A DNA stretch of 64,000 nucleotides from an uncultured Anaerolineae bacterium (lineage in GTDB: Bacteria; Chloroflexota; Anaerolineae; Aggregatilineales; UBA3940). Within the stretch, counting starts at the first letter, position 1. Each line of letters opens with the position of its first letter. This document shows, in pieces, positions 26,948 through 36,482 of this stretch. A program made the translations under genes and the position numbers. The notes beneath the pieces were generated by a model. It was not told the origin of the DNA, did not search any database, and saw only the letters and a program-made list of their open reading frames with translations. The stretch covers positions 32,637-96,636 of the forward strand of contig CAYTPI010000005.1 of assembly GCA_964439625.1 (NCBI GenBank). Reading direction: 5' to 3'.

Positions 26948-27562
26948 ATGCTTGCGCGCAATCGAAAACTATATGAACGAGTCAGTAAATCGTTAGGGGA
27001 ATTGGGGCTTCGATTAGGATTCTCCCCCGATTTTTGGACGTATGCAGGCCTTGCTCTATCTATCTGGAGTGCCTTCTTATTCGCCCGTGGCTGGTTACTA
27101 TGGGGCGTGCTTAGCTTGTTCGTTATTTGGTTTACGGATGTGCTTGATGGCGCCACTGCTCGCGCATTAAACAAGCAGTCGCCGTTTGGTACTGTACTAG
27201 ACCATGTATCTGACCGCTTTGCAGAGATTATTGTTGGTATGGGGTTGTTATTGAGTGGCTTGGTTGCGCCACTTTGGATCTATGTTGGGATTACCGGCAT
27301 GATCATGGCAAGCTACGTTCGCGCAAAAGCGGAGTCTCGCACGGATGTCAGCGTCAATGTAGGTTTGGCAGGTCGTAGTGAGAAAGTCGCGATACTCGCA
27401 GTTGGTGCGCTCATTCAGTCTGCTCACATCGGCACGAATGCTCTACAGTGGGCCTTTGTCCTAGTTGGCTTAGTCAGCTACGTGACGGCTATTCAGCGCC
27501 TTGCCTATACCTACCGTTCTGTGAACCCGTCTGATATAGCAACTAAGGATGCATCAAAGTAG
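26948..27562 (+). CDS. CDP-alcohol phosphatidyltransferase
   Basis: 204 aa and polytopic. Full signature DVLDGATARALNKQSPFGTVLDHVSDR, matching D-x2-DG-x2-AR-x8-G-x3-D-x3-D. Confidence 0.88.
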   Translation: MLARNRKLYERVSKSLGELGLRLGFSPDFWTYAGLALSIWSAFLFARGWLLWGVLSLFVIWFTDVLDGATARALNKQSPFGTVLDHVSDRFAEIIVGMGLLLSGLVAPLWIYVGITGMIMASYVRAKAESRTDVSVNVGLAGRSEKVAILAVGALIQSAHIGTNALQWAFVLVGLVSYVTAIQRLAYTYRSVNPSDIATKDASK

Positions 27563-28335
27563 TGAACGCTTCAATCTCCTTGGGCATTTTTGAACTACAA
27601 CTCTATTCGATTATTTTTGTGGCCTCAGTGCTGGCTGCTGCTCTTGTTGCTTTCCTCAGAGCAACTAGCCGTGATGTACCGCTACACATGATTGCTAGGC
27701 TGGTGCCAGCCTCTCTATTTTGGATGCTGATACTAGGTCGTCTACTTTATGTAATACTGCCGCCGCCGTCTGCTGCAGAATTCTATGATCGCGCTTGGTA
27801 TTTCAGTAGCTTCACAGATTTACAAGCGGGCGCGCTGGCAATCTGGGCCGGTGGACTGTCGTCTTCTGGATTGTTGCTGGGTGTCGCGTTCAGCCTATAT
27901 CTAACAGCTCGCCGTTGTAATCAAAAAATTAAGTCTCTCCTAACTGTGGTAATGCCGTCCTTGCTGATTGCTGTGACCATTGGGGCGCTTGCTAATGTGC
28001 CGAACCAAGACTTTCTAGGCCCGCCAACAAATCTGGTTTGGGGGATTGCTGCCTCCGGCCCACCTTATGACTCATACGATGATGGCGCATTGTTTCATCC
28101 CATTCCTATATATCAATCGCTTGTCGCAGCTCTACTACTGATGGCCTACTTGGCACTTGAGCGGTCTAAACCAGGTCAGGTCGATGGTTTAAATCAGATT
28201 ATGCTGCGCCTGCTGCTGATCAGCTTTGTGGTATTTGATGTCTTTATTTTAGATGTCGCCCGCATCGCTGGTGTTGTCACATTGACGCAAATTGCCGCCA
28301 TCTCTTTGATTCTGTGGCTCAGATGGCAGGTGTAA
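27562..28335 (+). CDS. Lgt-like (prolipoprotein diacylglyceryl transferase family) membrane protein, divergent
   Basis: 257 aa with about 7 TM. It appears collinear with E. coli Lgt blocks recalled from memory: IWAGGLSSSG vs VWDGGMSFHGG, GALANVPNQDFLG vs GRLGNFINGELWG, HPIPIYQSL vs HPSQLYELL. The GTG start overlaps the upstream stop by 1 nt. Confidence 0.45.
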   Translation: MNASISLGIFELQLYSIIFVASVLAAALVAFLRATSRDVPLHMIARLVPASLFWMLILGRLLYVILPPPSAAEFYDRAWYFSSFTDLQAGALAIWAGGLSSSGLLLGVAFSLYLTARRCNQKIKSLLTVVMPSLLIAVTIGALANVPNQDFLGPPTNLVWGIAASGPPYDSYDDGALFHPIPIYQSLVAALLLMAYLALERSKPGQVDGLNQIMLRLLLISFVVFDVFILDVARIAGVVTLTQIAAISLILWLRWQV

Positions 28336-28429
28336 CAATCTGAAATGGCTCATAAGTCATAGACGGTTATCTGTTGTTGCTGCGATATAGTACATAATAC
28401 TTGGTCGTGTTGGTAAATGGATACCCTTG

Positions 28430-29359
28430 ATGATTGAGACTGATAACCTCACCAAACACTTTGATGATTTTGAAGCTGTTACAAACGTGAGCCTTCAGGT
28501 GAACCCGGGCGAAGTGCTCGGGCTGCTTGGGCCTAATGGTGCAGGTAAAACAACAACTGTCCGTATGTTAACATCGCTGCTGCCACCTACCGCAGGGTCG
28601 GCAAAAGTTGCAGGCTACGATGTCATCACTGAATCGTCTTTTGTACGCGCCAACGTCGGTGTCTTGACGGAAGGTCATGGCCTTTACCTTCGTATGAACG
28701 GGCGTGAGTACCTAGATTTTTTTGGTGATCTTTACGACCTTACACCCGATTATCGCCGAGACCGTGCGCAACACTTGGCAGATCGTTTCGGGCTTGGAGA
28801 GGCCTTAGACCGCCGAATTGGTGAATATTCAAAGGGAATGCGTCAAAAATTAGCTTTGGTGCGTGCCATGATGCATGATCCTCCTGTTTTGCTGCTCGAT
28901 GAACCAACGTCAGCCATGGATCCACATAGTGCTCGGCAGGTGCGTGACGCCATTCACGATCTTAGAGGTGATGGACGTACAGTTATTTTAACGACTCATA
29001 ATTTGGTTGAAGCTGAAGAACTAGCTGACCGTATCGCAATTATTCGCCGTGGAAAAATTATTGCAAAGGGCAGCCCATTAGAACTAAAAGCTGCATTTAT
29101 GGGGCCACCATTGTTGGAACTGCGGCTGCAAGATGAACTTAATGGCATTTCAGAACTGCTCCAACCGCATGTAGAAATTGATAGTTATGGCCATAATTGG
29201 ATTCGCTTTCGGACGGATAACCCTTCTGAGGCTAACCCCTATGTGGTTAGCTTATTGGCAAACCATGGGAAACAGATTGTTACACTGAGTGAAGTGCCCC
29301 AGAGTCTAGAGGCAGTGTACCTACGAATTGTAAGCGAGACGGAAGATCAAGAGGCATAA
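28430..29359 (+). CDS. ABC transporter ATP-binding protein
   Basis: Walker A GPNGAGKTT, signature YSKGMRQKL, Walker B LLLDEPTSAMD, H-loop TTHN. Confidence 0.92.
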   Translation: MIETDNLTKHFDDFEAVTNVSLQVNPGEVLGLLGPNGAGKTTTVRMLTSLLPPTAGSAKVAGYDVITESSFVRANVGVLTEGHGLYLRMNGREYLDFFGDLYDLTPDYRRDRAQHLADRFGLGEALDRRIGEYSKGMRQKLALVRAMMHDPPVLLLDEPTSAMDPHSARQVRDAIHDLRGDGRTVILTTHNLVEAEELADRIAIIRRGKIIAKGSPLELKAAFMGPPLLELRLQDELNGISELLQPHVEIDSYGHNWIRFRTDNPSEANPYVVSLLANHGKQIVTLSEVPQSLEAVYLRIVSETEDQEA

Positions 29360-29362
29360 CCG

Positions 29363-30853
29363 ATGGCAACAGTCAGTCAACAGGCGAACACTAACACCAG
29401 TACAATGAGTTGGATGCAACTGGCACGCCATAACTTGAGTCGCGCCTTGGTCATCACACGGCGTGAAGTCGTTGATATGGGGCGAGATTGGCGTATCCTT
29501 ATGCCCGTTATTGTTTTAACGCTTATTTTTCCGTCGATTGCTAACTGGGGTGCTGGACGAATGACAGCTTTCGTCCAAGATTTTGGCGCAGATCTCATCG
29601 GAGAGCGCTTGATTCCTTTCCTGATGATGGTTGTTGGGTTCTTCCCGATTTCCTTCTCTTTGATCATTGCTTTGGAGACGTTTGTCGGTGAGAAGGAACG
29701 CCGTAGCCTTGAACCTCTGCTTTCGTCACCCTTAACGAACCTACAACTCTACATTGGCAAGGTGATAGCTTCGACAATACCGCCAGTGGTGGGCAGTTTA
29801 TTAGGTATTTCCGTCTATCTGATTGGTGTCTACTTCAACGTTGGTTATCGCCCACCATTGGTTTTGCTGGTACAGGTTATTATCTTGACGGTGTTGCAGG
29901 CTTTTGTGATGGTAGCGGGAGCAGTCGTTGTATCCAGCCAGACAACCAGCGTACGTGCAGCGAACTTACTCGCCAGTTTTATCATTATTCCTGTGGCTAT
30001 TTTAATTCAAGCCGAAGCGCTAATTATGTTCTGGGCTCGCTACGATGTGTTGTGGCTAATAATGCTTGGTCTACTAATTGTTAGTATGGTGCTGGTACGA
30101 ATGGGGATCCGCAGTTTTAACCGTGAAGAGCTGATTGGGTCTGAGATTGATGCTCTCAACCTTGGAGAAAACATCAAATTTTGGTGGCGCCATGTGCTTG
30201 CAAAAGATGAAGTAAAGCCCCGGACATCATTGCAGTGGTATTGGCAAGAAGTCTTGACGGTTGTCGGTCGTACTTGGGGTGCGGTTGTTATTATATTGAC
30301 TGCGCTTGCTGCGGCTATCGTAATTGGTCAAAACTATGGCGCAGAATACGTCATTCCCGCTGATGTTTTCGATACGACTGATTGGACGGAAAGTTTTTCT
30401 GTGCTTCTTGCGCAGTCTGGGTTTAGTGGCGTGCTTGGGGTAGGCTTTGTCATCTGGCAAAATGTCCGTGCACTGGTGCTGGCAACTCTTTTAGCGATCT
30501 TCTCACTCGGGATTGCCATCATCATGGTGATTATGGTACCCATTGTGCTTGCTAGCTATCTCTTCTCACAACTAGCAATGGCTGGCATTGACCCTAATAT
30601 TATCCTTGTGGCTTTAGTCCCGCATACGATCTTCGAACTGCCAGCCGCAATTATTGCTGGGGCACTTGCGGTGCGTTTAGGGGCGAGTGTAGTCGGAAAT
30701 GTGGCAGGAAAAACACTCGCTCAAGGATGGTTGATTGCCTTTGCCGACCTTGTACGTGTGTGGGTGCTTCTCGTCATTCCGTTGTTGGTCTTGGGAGCCT
30801 TGACTGAGATTTTTGTAACCCCCCAGTTAGTGCTGCAACTTGCGGGTGGTTAG
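29363..30853 (+). CDS. Fusion membrane protein: ABC-2-type permease N-half plus SpoIIM/DUF95-like C-half
   Basis: 496 aa. The N-terminal roughly 250 aa have ABC-2 topology with GEKERRSLEPLLSSP. The C-terminal half contains PHTIFELPAAIIAG, the SpoIIM-family motif. Confidence 0.6.
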   Translation: MATVSQQANTNTSTMSWMQLARHNLSRALVITRREVVDMGRDWRILMPVIVLTLIFPSIANWGAGRMTAFVQDFGADLIGERLIPFLMMVVGFFPISFSLIIALETFVGEKERRSLEPLLSSPLTNLQLYIGKVIASTIPPVVGSLLGISVYLIGVYFNVGYRPPLVLLVQVIILTVLQAFVMVAGAVVVSSQTTSVRAANLLASFIIIPVAILIQAEALIMFWARYDVLWLIMLGLLIVSMVLVRMGIRSFNREELIGSEIDALNLGENIKFWWRHVLAKDEVKPRTSLQWYWQEVLTVVGRTWGAVVIILTALAAAIVIGQNYGAEYVIPADVFDTTDWTESFSVLLAQSGFSGVLGVGFVIWQNVRALVLATLLAIFSLGIAIIMVIMVPIVLASYLFSQLAMAGIDPNIILVALVPHTIFELPAAIIAGALAVRLGASVVGNVAGKTLAQGWLIAFADLVRVWVLLVIPLLVLGALTEIFVTPQLVLQLAGG

Positions 30854-30962
30854 TATCTATTGTTGATTATTTCAGCGTGGATTACTTATGTCGTGTACAC
30901 TCTAAGATGCGTGACATTAGGTAACGTTTGTATGTAAATGCTGTTCCTAGAGAGGACTATAG

Positions 30963-31727
30963 GTGCCCAGACTGGTGATATTGGGATCGTCTGCCGCTGT
31001 GGCAGATGAACATCATGAAAATTCATTCATGGTTGTAGAGGGCACAAATGGCGCCATTCTAATTGACTGTAACGGTCGTACTTTAGTGAGACTCAAAAAG
31101 GCCGGAGTCAACCCAGATAAACTACAAGATATGATCCTCACGCATTTCCACCCAGACCACGTCAGTGGCGTCCCAAGAATGTTAATGTCGTCATGGCTAT
31201 TAGGGCGTCAGACTCCGCTGCGAGTATATGGTTTGCATCATTGTATGCAGCGTGTGGCTGATATGATGGATGCCTTTCACTGGGACACATGGCCGAATTT
31301 TTTCCCGGTGGTCTTTCACCATATCCCCAAGCGCGAAGAAGTTCTGCTTCTCGAAAATGATGACTTTATCGTTCATGCCTCACCTGTAAAGCACTACATA
31401 CCAACAATGGCACTTCGCATTGAGTCGAAAGAAACAGGCTATGTTATTGCTTACTCGTCAGATACCGTCCCTTGCGCGGAGATGGTGCGCCTCTCTTACA
31501 ATGCAGACTTACTCATTCATGAGGCAGCCGGAGCAGAACCGTTGGGGCATGCCAGTGCTGCTCAGGCTGGTGCTATCGCTCAAGAAGCGGGTGTAAAACG
31601 TCTTGGGCTCATTCATTATAAAGTTTGGGGCCACGACCCTCAGCCCCTAATCGAAGAAGCGCAGTCAACGTTCGATGGTTCAGTATTTCTTTGTGAAGAC
31701 TTTCAGCAGATAGACATGCATCCTTAA
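30963..31727 (+). CDS. MBL-fold metallo-hydrolase (RNase Z-like)
   Basis: 254 aa with the LTHFHPDH motif and downstream His/Asp ligands. GTG start. Confidence 0.8.
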   Translation: MPRLVILGSSAAVADEHHENSFMVVEGTNGAILIDCNGRTLVRLKKAGVNPDKLQDMILTHFHPDHVSGVPRMLMSSWLLGRQTPLRVYGLHHCMQRVADMMDAFHWDTWPNFFPVVFHHIPKREEVLLLENDDFIVHASPVKHYIPTMALRIESKETGYVIAYSSDTVPCAEMVRLSYNADLLIHEAAGAEPLGHASAAQAGAIAQEAGVKRLGLIHYKVWGHDPQPLIEEAQSTFDGSVFLCEDFQQIDMHP

Positions 31728-32131
31728 ACTGCTTTGATAGGCTGTTTATCCGCTTGTGCAGTTAGCCAGTCTCGAGCACTCTTTTCGTCATCGAAGAGCT
31801 TAGTAGGATTGTTGCTTGTCATCAGCGAACTATACATCTGAATCAGAGAGGCAATTGTGCGACCACCGCCTACAATTGCAAATTGAGAGTCTACCAGATG
31901 CCGATTGATGGTTGCATTATCAATACCATCGAAAGCAGCCAACAGACGCATTGGTGCACTGGTTAAGTCCAGTTTTGATATATCGAGTAAAACATAGGTG
32001 GGGCTTGGGCCATCTGCAATTGGTCGAATGGCTTTCTTGAGTCCGCTCACTTCTGATGGCGAAAAGCATCCTGTTAACTCTGCCTTCACTATGTTTCTCT
32101 GTTGATCAATCCACTCTACTTGATAGCCCAT
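31724..32131 (-). CDS. Hypothetical protein, possibly SpoIIAA/STAS-like
   Basis: About 135 aa from ATG 32131 (the ORF-track TTG start is 32167). The pattern resembles small STAS/SEC14-like domains. Weak assignment. Confidence 0.4.
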   Translation of the reverse strand: MGYQVEWIDQQRNIVKAELTGCFSPSEVSGLKKAIRPIADGPSPTYVLLDISKLDLTSAPMRLLAAFDGIDNATINRHLVDSQFAIVGGGRTIASLIQMYSSLMTSNNPTKLFDDEKSARDWLTAQADKQPIKAV

Positions 32132-32370
32132 AGCGCGTAACTTTGCTCCAATGCTTATTAACTGCAAATATCGTTACATTAAAATTTATAAAGAAGTATA
32201 CCATTTAGAATTAACTGAAAGCAAGTCAGATCAACTGGTGTTGCCTCATACAAGGATTGACACAATTATTTTTTATGAGATTATTGTGAGATTGCGCAAT
32301 CAAAATGCACAGAATTGGTTATAGTAATAGACTGAAAATACCAAAGTCTGCTTGACAAAGGAAACATCAA

Positions 32371-33093
32371 GTGCCGCGAAAATTGAAAGCCAAACAGCCG
32401 AAGAAAAAAACAATGTGGTTAGAGCTTTGTCTGTTCATTTCATTAGGTGTTTTTGGTTTTTCACTGATGACCTTCTTGCTTAGTCGTGGGGGAGACGGAC
32501 CCATTTCAGTTGCGCTTGACCCCTTCTTGGATGACACGCCAGACGAAGCGCAAATTGTTGCTATCCTTTATGAGGCACCAAGTGTACGCCCAATTGCTCG
32601 ACAGACCATGGCCCCAATCTTCACCCCATCTGTGATGTACTGGCAAGAACAAATCATTCAATGGGTTGAGCCCTGGGGGATTGACCCAAATCTGGCGGCA
32701 ACCGTGATGCAAATAGAATCTTGTGGTTACCCACAAGCGACGTCACGCAGCGGCGCGATGAGCTTGTTCCAAGTGATGCCATTCCATTTTACGCAGGGCG
32801 ATAATCCTTACGACCCAGATACCAACGCATATCGAGGGATGGCATATCTTGCCCGTGGCTTAGAGATATCAAATGGTCATGCGGGGTTGGCTATGGCTGG
32901 CTATAACGGCGGTCATAGTGTCATCAATCGTAGTTACGATAGCTGGGCAAATGAAACGAAGCGCTATTATCGTTGGGGCAGCGGTATCTATCGAGAAACC
33001 TCTGCCGGTTGGGACAGCAGCCCCACGCTGGCGGCATGGCGTGCAGCCGCAGGTGGCTTATGTGGTCAAGCAGAAAATTACCTCGGCATTTAG
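32371..33093 (+). CDS. Membrane-anchored lytic transglycosylase (SLT domain)
   Basis: N-terminal TM segment and SLT catalytic block VMQIESCGYPQATSRSGAMSLFQVMP. GTG start. Confidence 0.8.
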   Translation: MPRKLKAKQPKKKTMWLELCLFISLGVFGFSLMTFLLSRGGDGPISVALDPFLDDTPDEAQIVAILYEAPSVRPIARQTMAPIFTPSVMYWQEQIIQWVEPWGIDPNLAATVMQIESCGYPQATSRSGAMSLFQVMPFHFTQGDNPYDPDTNAYRGMAYLARGLEISNGHAGLAMAGYNGGHSVINRSYDSWANETKRYYRWGSGIYRETSAGWDSSPTLAAWRAAAGGLCGQAENYLGI

Positions 33094-33377
33094 CTGATCT
33101 TATTGTTTTTTAACGTCAGTTTGGGCTGAGAATGTTGACATAGACGGGGATGTTGTTTACGCCTTGCAATCACGAAGTAACCCTCAGCGCTGAACTTGAG
33201 CTCACTGTGTCAATAGACATTATGATTGGCTTCTTCCGAACTGACATTTTTTACGAGATGCTTATCCATAAGCACTGAAGTGTACGCATGGCTATGGTAG
33301 ACTTCGTAAAATACAACACATTACTTTAAAGATATCACCGAGCTATCTTGTTTGGTGGACTGGAGTTTGAAACCTTA

Positions 33378-35888
33378 ATGGCAGACTTAGAAAAGCAGCC
33401 AATAATTTCCTTTGAGACCCGCAGCGAAGCAACAGAAAAACAGCTTCAGAATATACCGATTTTGCCCTTAAGAGGTTTAGTGGTATATCCACAGACTGCC
33501 GTTCCGCTCTTAGTGGGTCAGGCGCGGTCAATTCGTCTAGTGGAAAACGTCGTTGAAGGAAAGACCTTAATTGGTTTGGTTGCCAGCCGAGACGCAGAAA
33601 ACCCAGAACCTTCTCCCGAAGACCTTTATGATTTCGGAACGTCTGCGGTGGTACACCGTAAATTTAGAGCGCCAGATGGCACTGTGCGGCTTTTGGTGCA
33701 GGGCAGCGAGCGGATCAAGATCGAAGAGTTTCTGACGGAAAGCCCACATCTCAGGGCGCGTGTAGTGGCTGTTCCTGAGGAGACTGAAGAAGGCCTAACA
33801 ATTGAGGCTCTGATGCGTAACGTGGGTGACCAGTTCCGCCGACTAGGTGAACTTGCCCAGAATATACCTGGCGAACTTCTGTCCTCAACGCTGGCGCTCG
33901 ATGACCCCATACAGATGCTCTATACGATTGCGACCTACATGCGGATTGGCCTTGAGGATGCCCAAAATCTGCTGGAGCTTAATGCTATTGAGGAAAAGCT
34001 TCACACGATTATGACTTTGCTGAGTAAAGAGATCGAAGTGCTCGAGCTTGGTCGGAAAATTCAGGCAGATGCGCAAACAGAAATTGATAAAGTCCAGCGT
34101 GATTTTTATTTAAGAGAGCAGTTGAAGGCCATCAAGAAAGAGCTCGGCGAGAGTGACGAGCAGCAGATGGAAATCGATGAATTTCGCACTAAGATCGACA
34201 ATGCTGGTATGTCTGAAGAAGCAGAAAAGGAAGCTCGGCGCGAACTCGATCGGCTTTCAAAACTGCCGCCTCAAGCCGCTGAATATGGTGTCATTCGCAC
34301 ATATCTTGATCTGCTAACGTCCTTGCCATGGAGCATAGAAACAGCAGATAATCTTGAGATAAAAAATGCTCGGGAAGTGCTCAACGAAGACCACTATGGT
34401 CTAGAAGATATCAAGAATCGCATTGTAGAGTTTCTGGCTGTCCGTAAATTGAGACGAGAGCGGGCGGATGAAATTGCCGAGTGGGATGAAACGGGTGATG
34501 AAATACGCAAGGTGCGAGAAGGTGTTATTCTCTGCTTTGTTGGCCCTCCCGGGGTCGGTAAAACATCGCTCGGTGCCTCGATTGCACGTGCGCTTGGGCG
34601 TAAGTTCATCCGAATGAGCTTGGGCGGCGTACATGACGAAGCTGAAATTCGCGGACATCGCCGCACTTACATTGGGGCGATGCCTGGTCGGATCATACAA
34701 GCAATTCGACGAACAGATACCCGGAATCCCGTTATCATGTTGGACGAAATCGATAAACTTGGCGCTGATTTTCGCGGCGACCCAGCGTCTGCCCTGTTAG
34801 AAGTCCTTGATCCAGAGCAAAATACAGAATTCCGGGATCATTATCTAGATGTTCCATTTGACTTGTCGCAGGTGATGTTCATCACGACTGCTAACCAGCT
34901 CGAGCCAATCCCGGCTCCTCTGCGCGACCGAATGGAGATCATTCAACTTTCTGGATATACCGAGAATGAAAAAATCGCCATTGCATCAGGTTATTTGGTA
35001 CCGCGCCAAATCCGGGAGAATGGTCTTCGTCCTGAAGAAATCAGTTTCTCCGATAACGCGCTGCGATTGCTGATTCGTAACTATACTCGTGAGGCAGGGG
35101 TGCGCAATCTTGAACGTGAAATTGGGGCCGTATGTCGTAAGGTTGTAACGAAAATTGCTGAAGGCGATCTTGAGACGGTTGAGGTTGAAGCAGAAACGGT
35201 TGAGAAACTACTTGGCAGGCAAAAATACTATTATCTAGCCGAAATTGAGGAACGAACAAACTTGCCAGGTGTTGCAACTGGGCTTGTTTGGACGCCAGTT
35301 GGTGGTGATGTCGTTTTCATCGAAGCAGCTCAGATGGCTGGTAAACGTCAATTTGAGGTGACGGGTCAACTGGGCGACGTGATGAAAGAGAGTGCTCGTG
35401 CTGCCCTAAGCTATCTTAGGTCACGAGCAAATGAACTTGACATCGACCCAGAATGGTTTGAAAAACACGATATTCACTTACACGTGCCCGCTGGCGCTGT
35501 TCCAAAAGATGGCCCATCCGCCGGTATTACCATGGCGACGGCTTTGGCCTCACTCGCTACGGGGAAGCTTGTGCGTAGTGACTTAGCAATGACGGGTGAG
35601 CTCACGTTACGCGGTAAAGTACTGCCTGTGGGAGGAATCAAAGAAAAAGTTATTGCAGCTCACCGATTAGGCTTGACCAGCATCATTCTCCCAGAACGCA
35701 ATGAAAAAGACTTAGAAGACATACCTGATGAGATCCGCAACAATTTAAAATTTATTCTTGTCCAACATGTTGATCAAGTGATTGACGTTGCCTTGGAAGA
35801 AGCTGTAGAACGATCTGTCAATAGTCACCGACCAGATAAAGTAAGTCCTGCAGAGCAATCAGAGAGAGAACAAGATGCCAACTCCTAA
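33378..35888 (+). CDS. lon: ATP-dependent protease Lon (LonA)
   Basis: LON N-domain, Walker [10 protein letters not shown], and the S16 catalytic block [15 protein letters not shown] with [12 protein letters not shown]. Start is ATG 33378 or TTG 33348. Confidence 0.95.
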   Translation: MADLEKQPIISFETRSEATEKQLQNIPILPLRGLVVYPQTAVPLLVGQARSIRLVENVVEGKTLIGLVASRDAENPEPSPEDLYDFGTSAVVHRKFRAPDGTVRLLVQGSERIKIEEFLTESPHLRARVVAVPEETEEGLTIEALMRNVGDQFRRLGELAQNIPGELLSSTLALDDPIQMLYTIATYMRIGLEDAQNLLELNAIEEKLHTIMTLLSKEIEVLELGRKIQADAQTEIDKVQRDFYLREQLKAIKKELGESDEQQMEIDEFRTKIDNAGMSEEAEKEARRELDRLSKLPPQAAEYGVIRTYLDLLTSLPWSIETADNLEIKNAREVLNEDHYGLEDIKNRIVEFLAVRKLRRERADEIAEWDETGDEIRKVREGVILCFVGPPGVGKTSLGASIARALGRKFIRMSLGGVHDEAEIRGHRRTYIGAMPGRIIQAIRRTDTRNPVIMLDEIDKLGADFRGDPASALLEVLDPEQNTEFRDHYLDVPFDLSQVMFITTANQLEPIPAPLRDRMEIIQLSGYTENEKIAIASGYLVPRQIRENGLRPEEISFSDNALRLLIRNYTREAGVRNLEREIGAVCRKVVTKIAEGDLETVEVEAETVEKLLGRQKYYYLAEIEERTNLPGVATGLVWTPVGGDVVFIEAAQMAGKRQFEVTGQLGDVMKESARAALSYLRSRANELDIDPEWFEKHDIHLHVPAGAVPKDGPSAGITMATALASLATGKLVRSDLAMTGELTLRGKVLPVGGIKEKVIAAHRLGLTSIILPERNEKDLEDIPDEIRNNLKFILVQHVDQVIDVALEEAVERSVNSHRPDKVSPAEQSEREQDANS

Positions 35889-36249
35889 GCTGATGATTAT
35901 TGACGATGACCGCACTACCGTTGGGCTTCTCAAGACCTTATTAGAACTTGATGGCTTTGACGTAAAGACAAAGGCCGATGGTGAAAGCGCACTCGCGGAT
36001 GTTGACACCTATTTACCTGATGCCTTCTTGGTGGATTATCACCTCGCGGACAAAGAAGGTACTGATCTCGTAAGAATTTTGCGGCAAAACGTGCGCTTTG
36101 CTCAAACACCGATTATTATGACATCAGGTTTAAACAGAGAGCTTGAGGCAAAGCAGGCCGGGGCTGATGTTTTCATCATGAAGCCATTTGACCCGTCCAT
36201 GTTATTGGAACAGCTTGCCCAACTCCTTGGCGAATCCCCCACTCAGTGA
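35875..36249 (+). CDS. Single-domain response regulator (receiver only)
   Basis: 124 aa with IIDDD acidic pocket, phospho-acceptor Asp in FLVDYHL, Thr in IIMTSG and Lys in IMKPF. No output domain. Overlaps the lon 3' end by 14 nt. Confidence 0.85.
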   Translation: MPTPKLMIIDDDRTTVGLLKTLLELDGFDVKTKADGESALADVDTYLPDAFLVDYHLADKEGTDLVRILRQNVRFAQTPIIMTSGLNRELEAKQAGADVFIMKPFDPSMLLEQLAQLLGESPTQ

Positions 36250-36482
36250 GTACAAGCGAAAGGTAATACGCCTCACAAAGTTTAGGAAAGAGTTATATCG
36301 AGCGGCTAATCGACTAGCAGCCGCTAGACTGTATTAAGAAACACGCTCTGGGCATGGAGACGTCATTAAAGAGCCGTACCGGATTAACTTAAACGGTGCT
36401 ATTGCTCATCTATTAAGTGAACACAAACGTCGAAATGTGCCAGGCAAGGAGCACTATTAGATTGACAAAAGAAAAACAAAAG

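Noticed and set aside
32168-32370. AT-rich 200-nt intergenic region as a possible small RNA or mobile-element scar
   Set aside because: It contains only promoter-like TTGACA boxes for the divergent genes. I could see no repeats, no conserved RNA motifs and no ORF.
33378-35888. Lon protease as a defence-system component (BrxL-like or Lon-like effector)
   Set aside because: The architecture is full canonical LonA (LON N-domain, AAA+ domain, S16 Ser-Lys dyad). No BREX or other defence genes are adjacent. It is a housekeeping protease.
36301-36325. 7-bp hairpin AGCGGCT/AGCCGCT after the response-regulator gene as a terminator
   Set aside because: The stem is short and no U-tract follows. It is too weak to call, though it may still contribute to separating the lon-RR transcript from the PHP gene.
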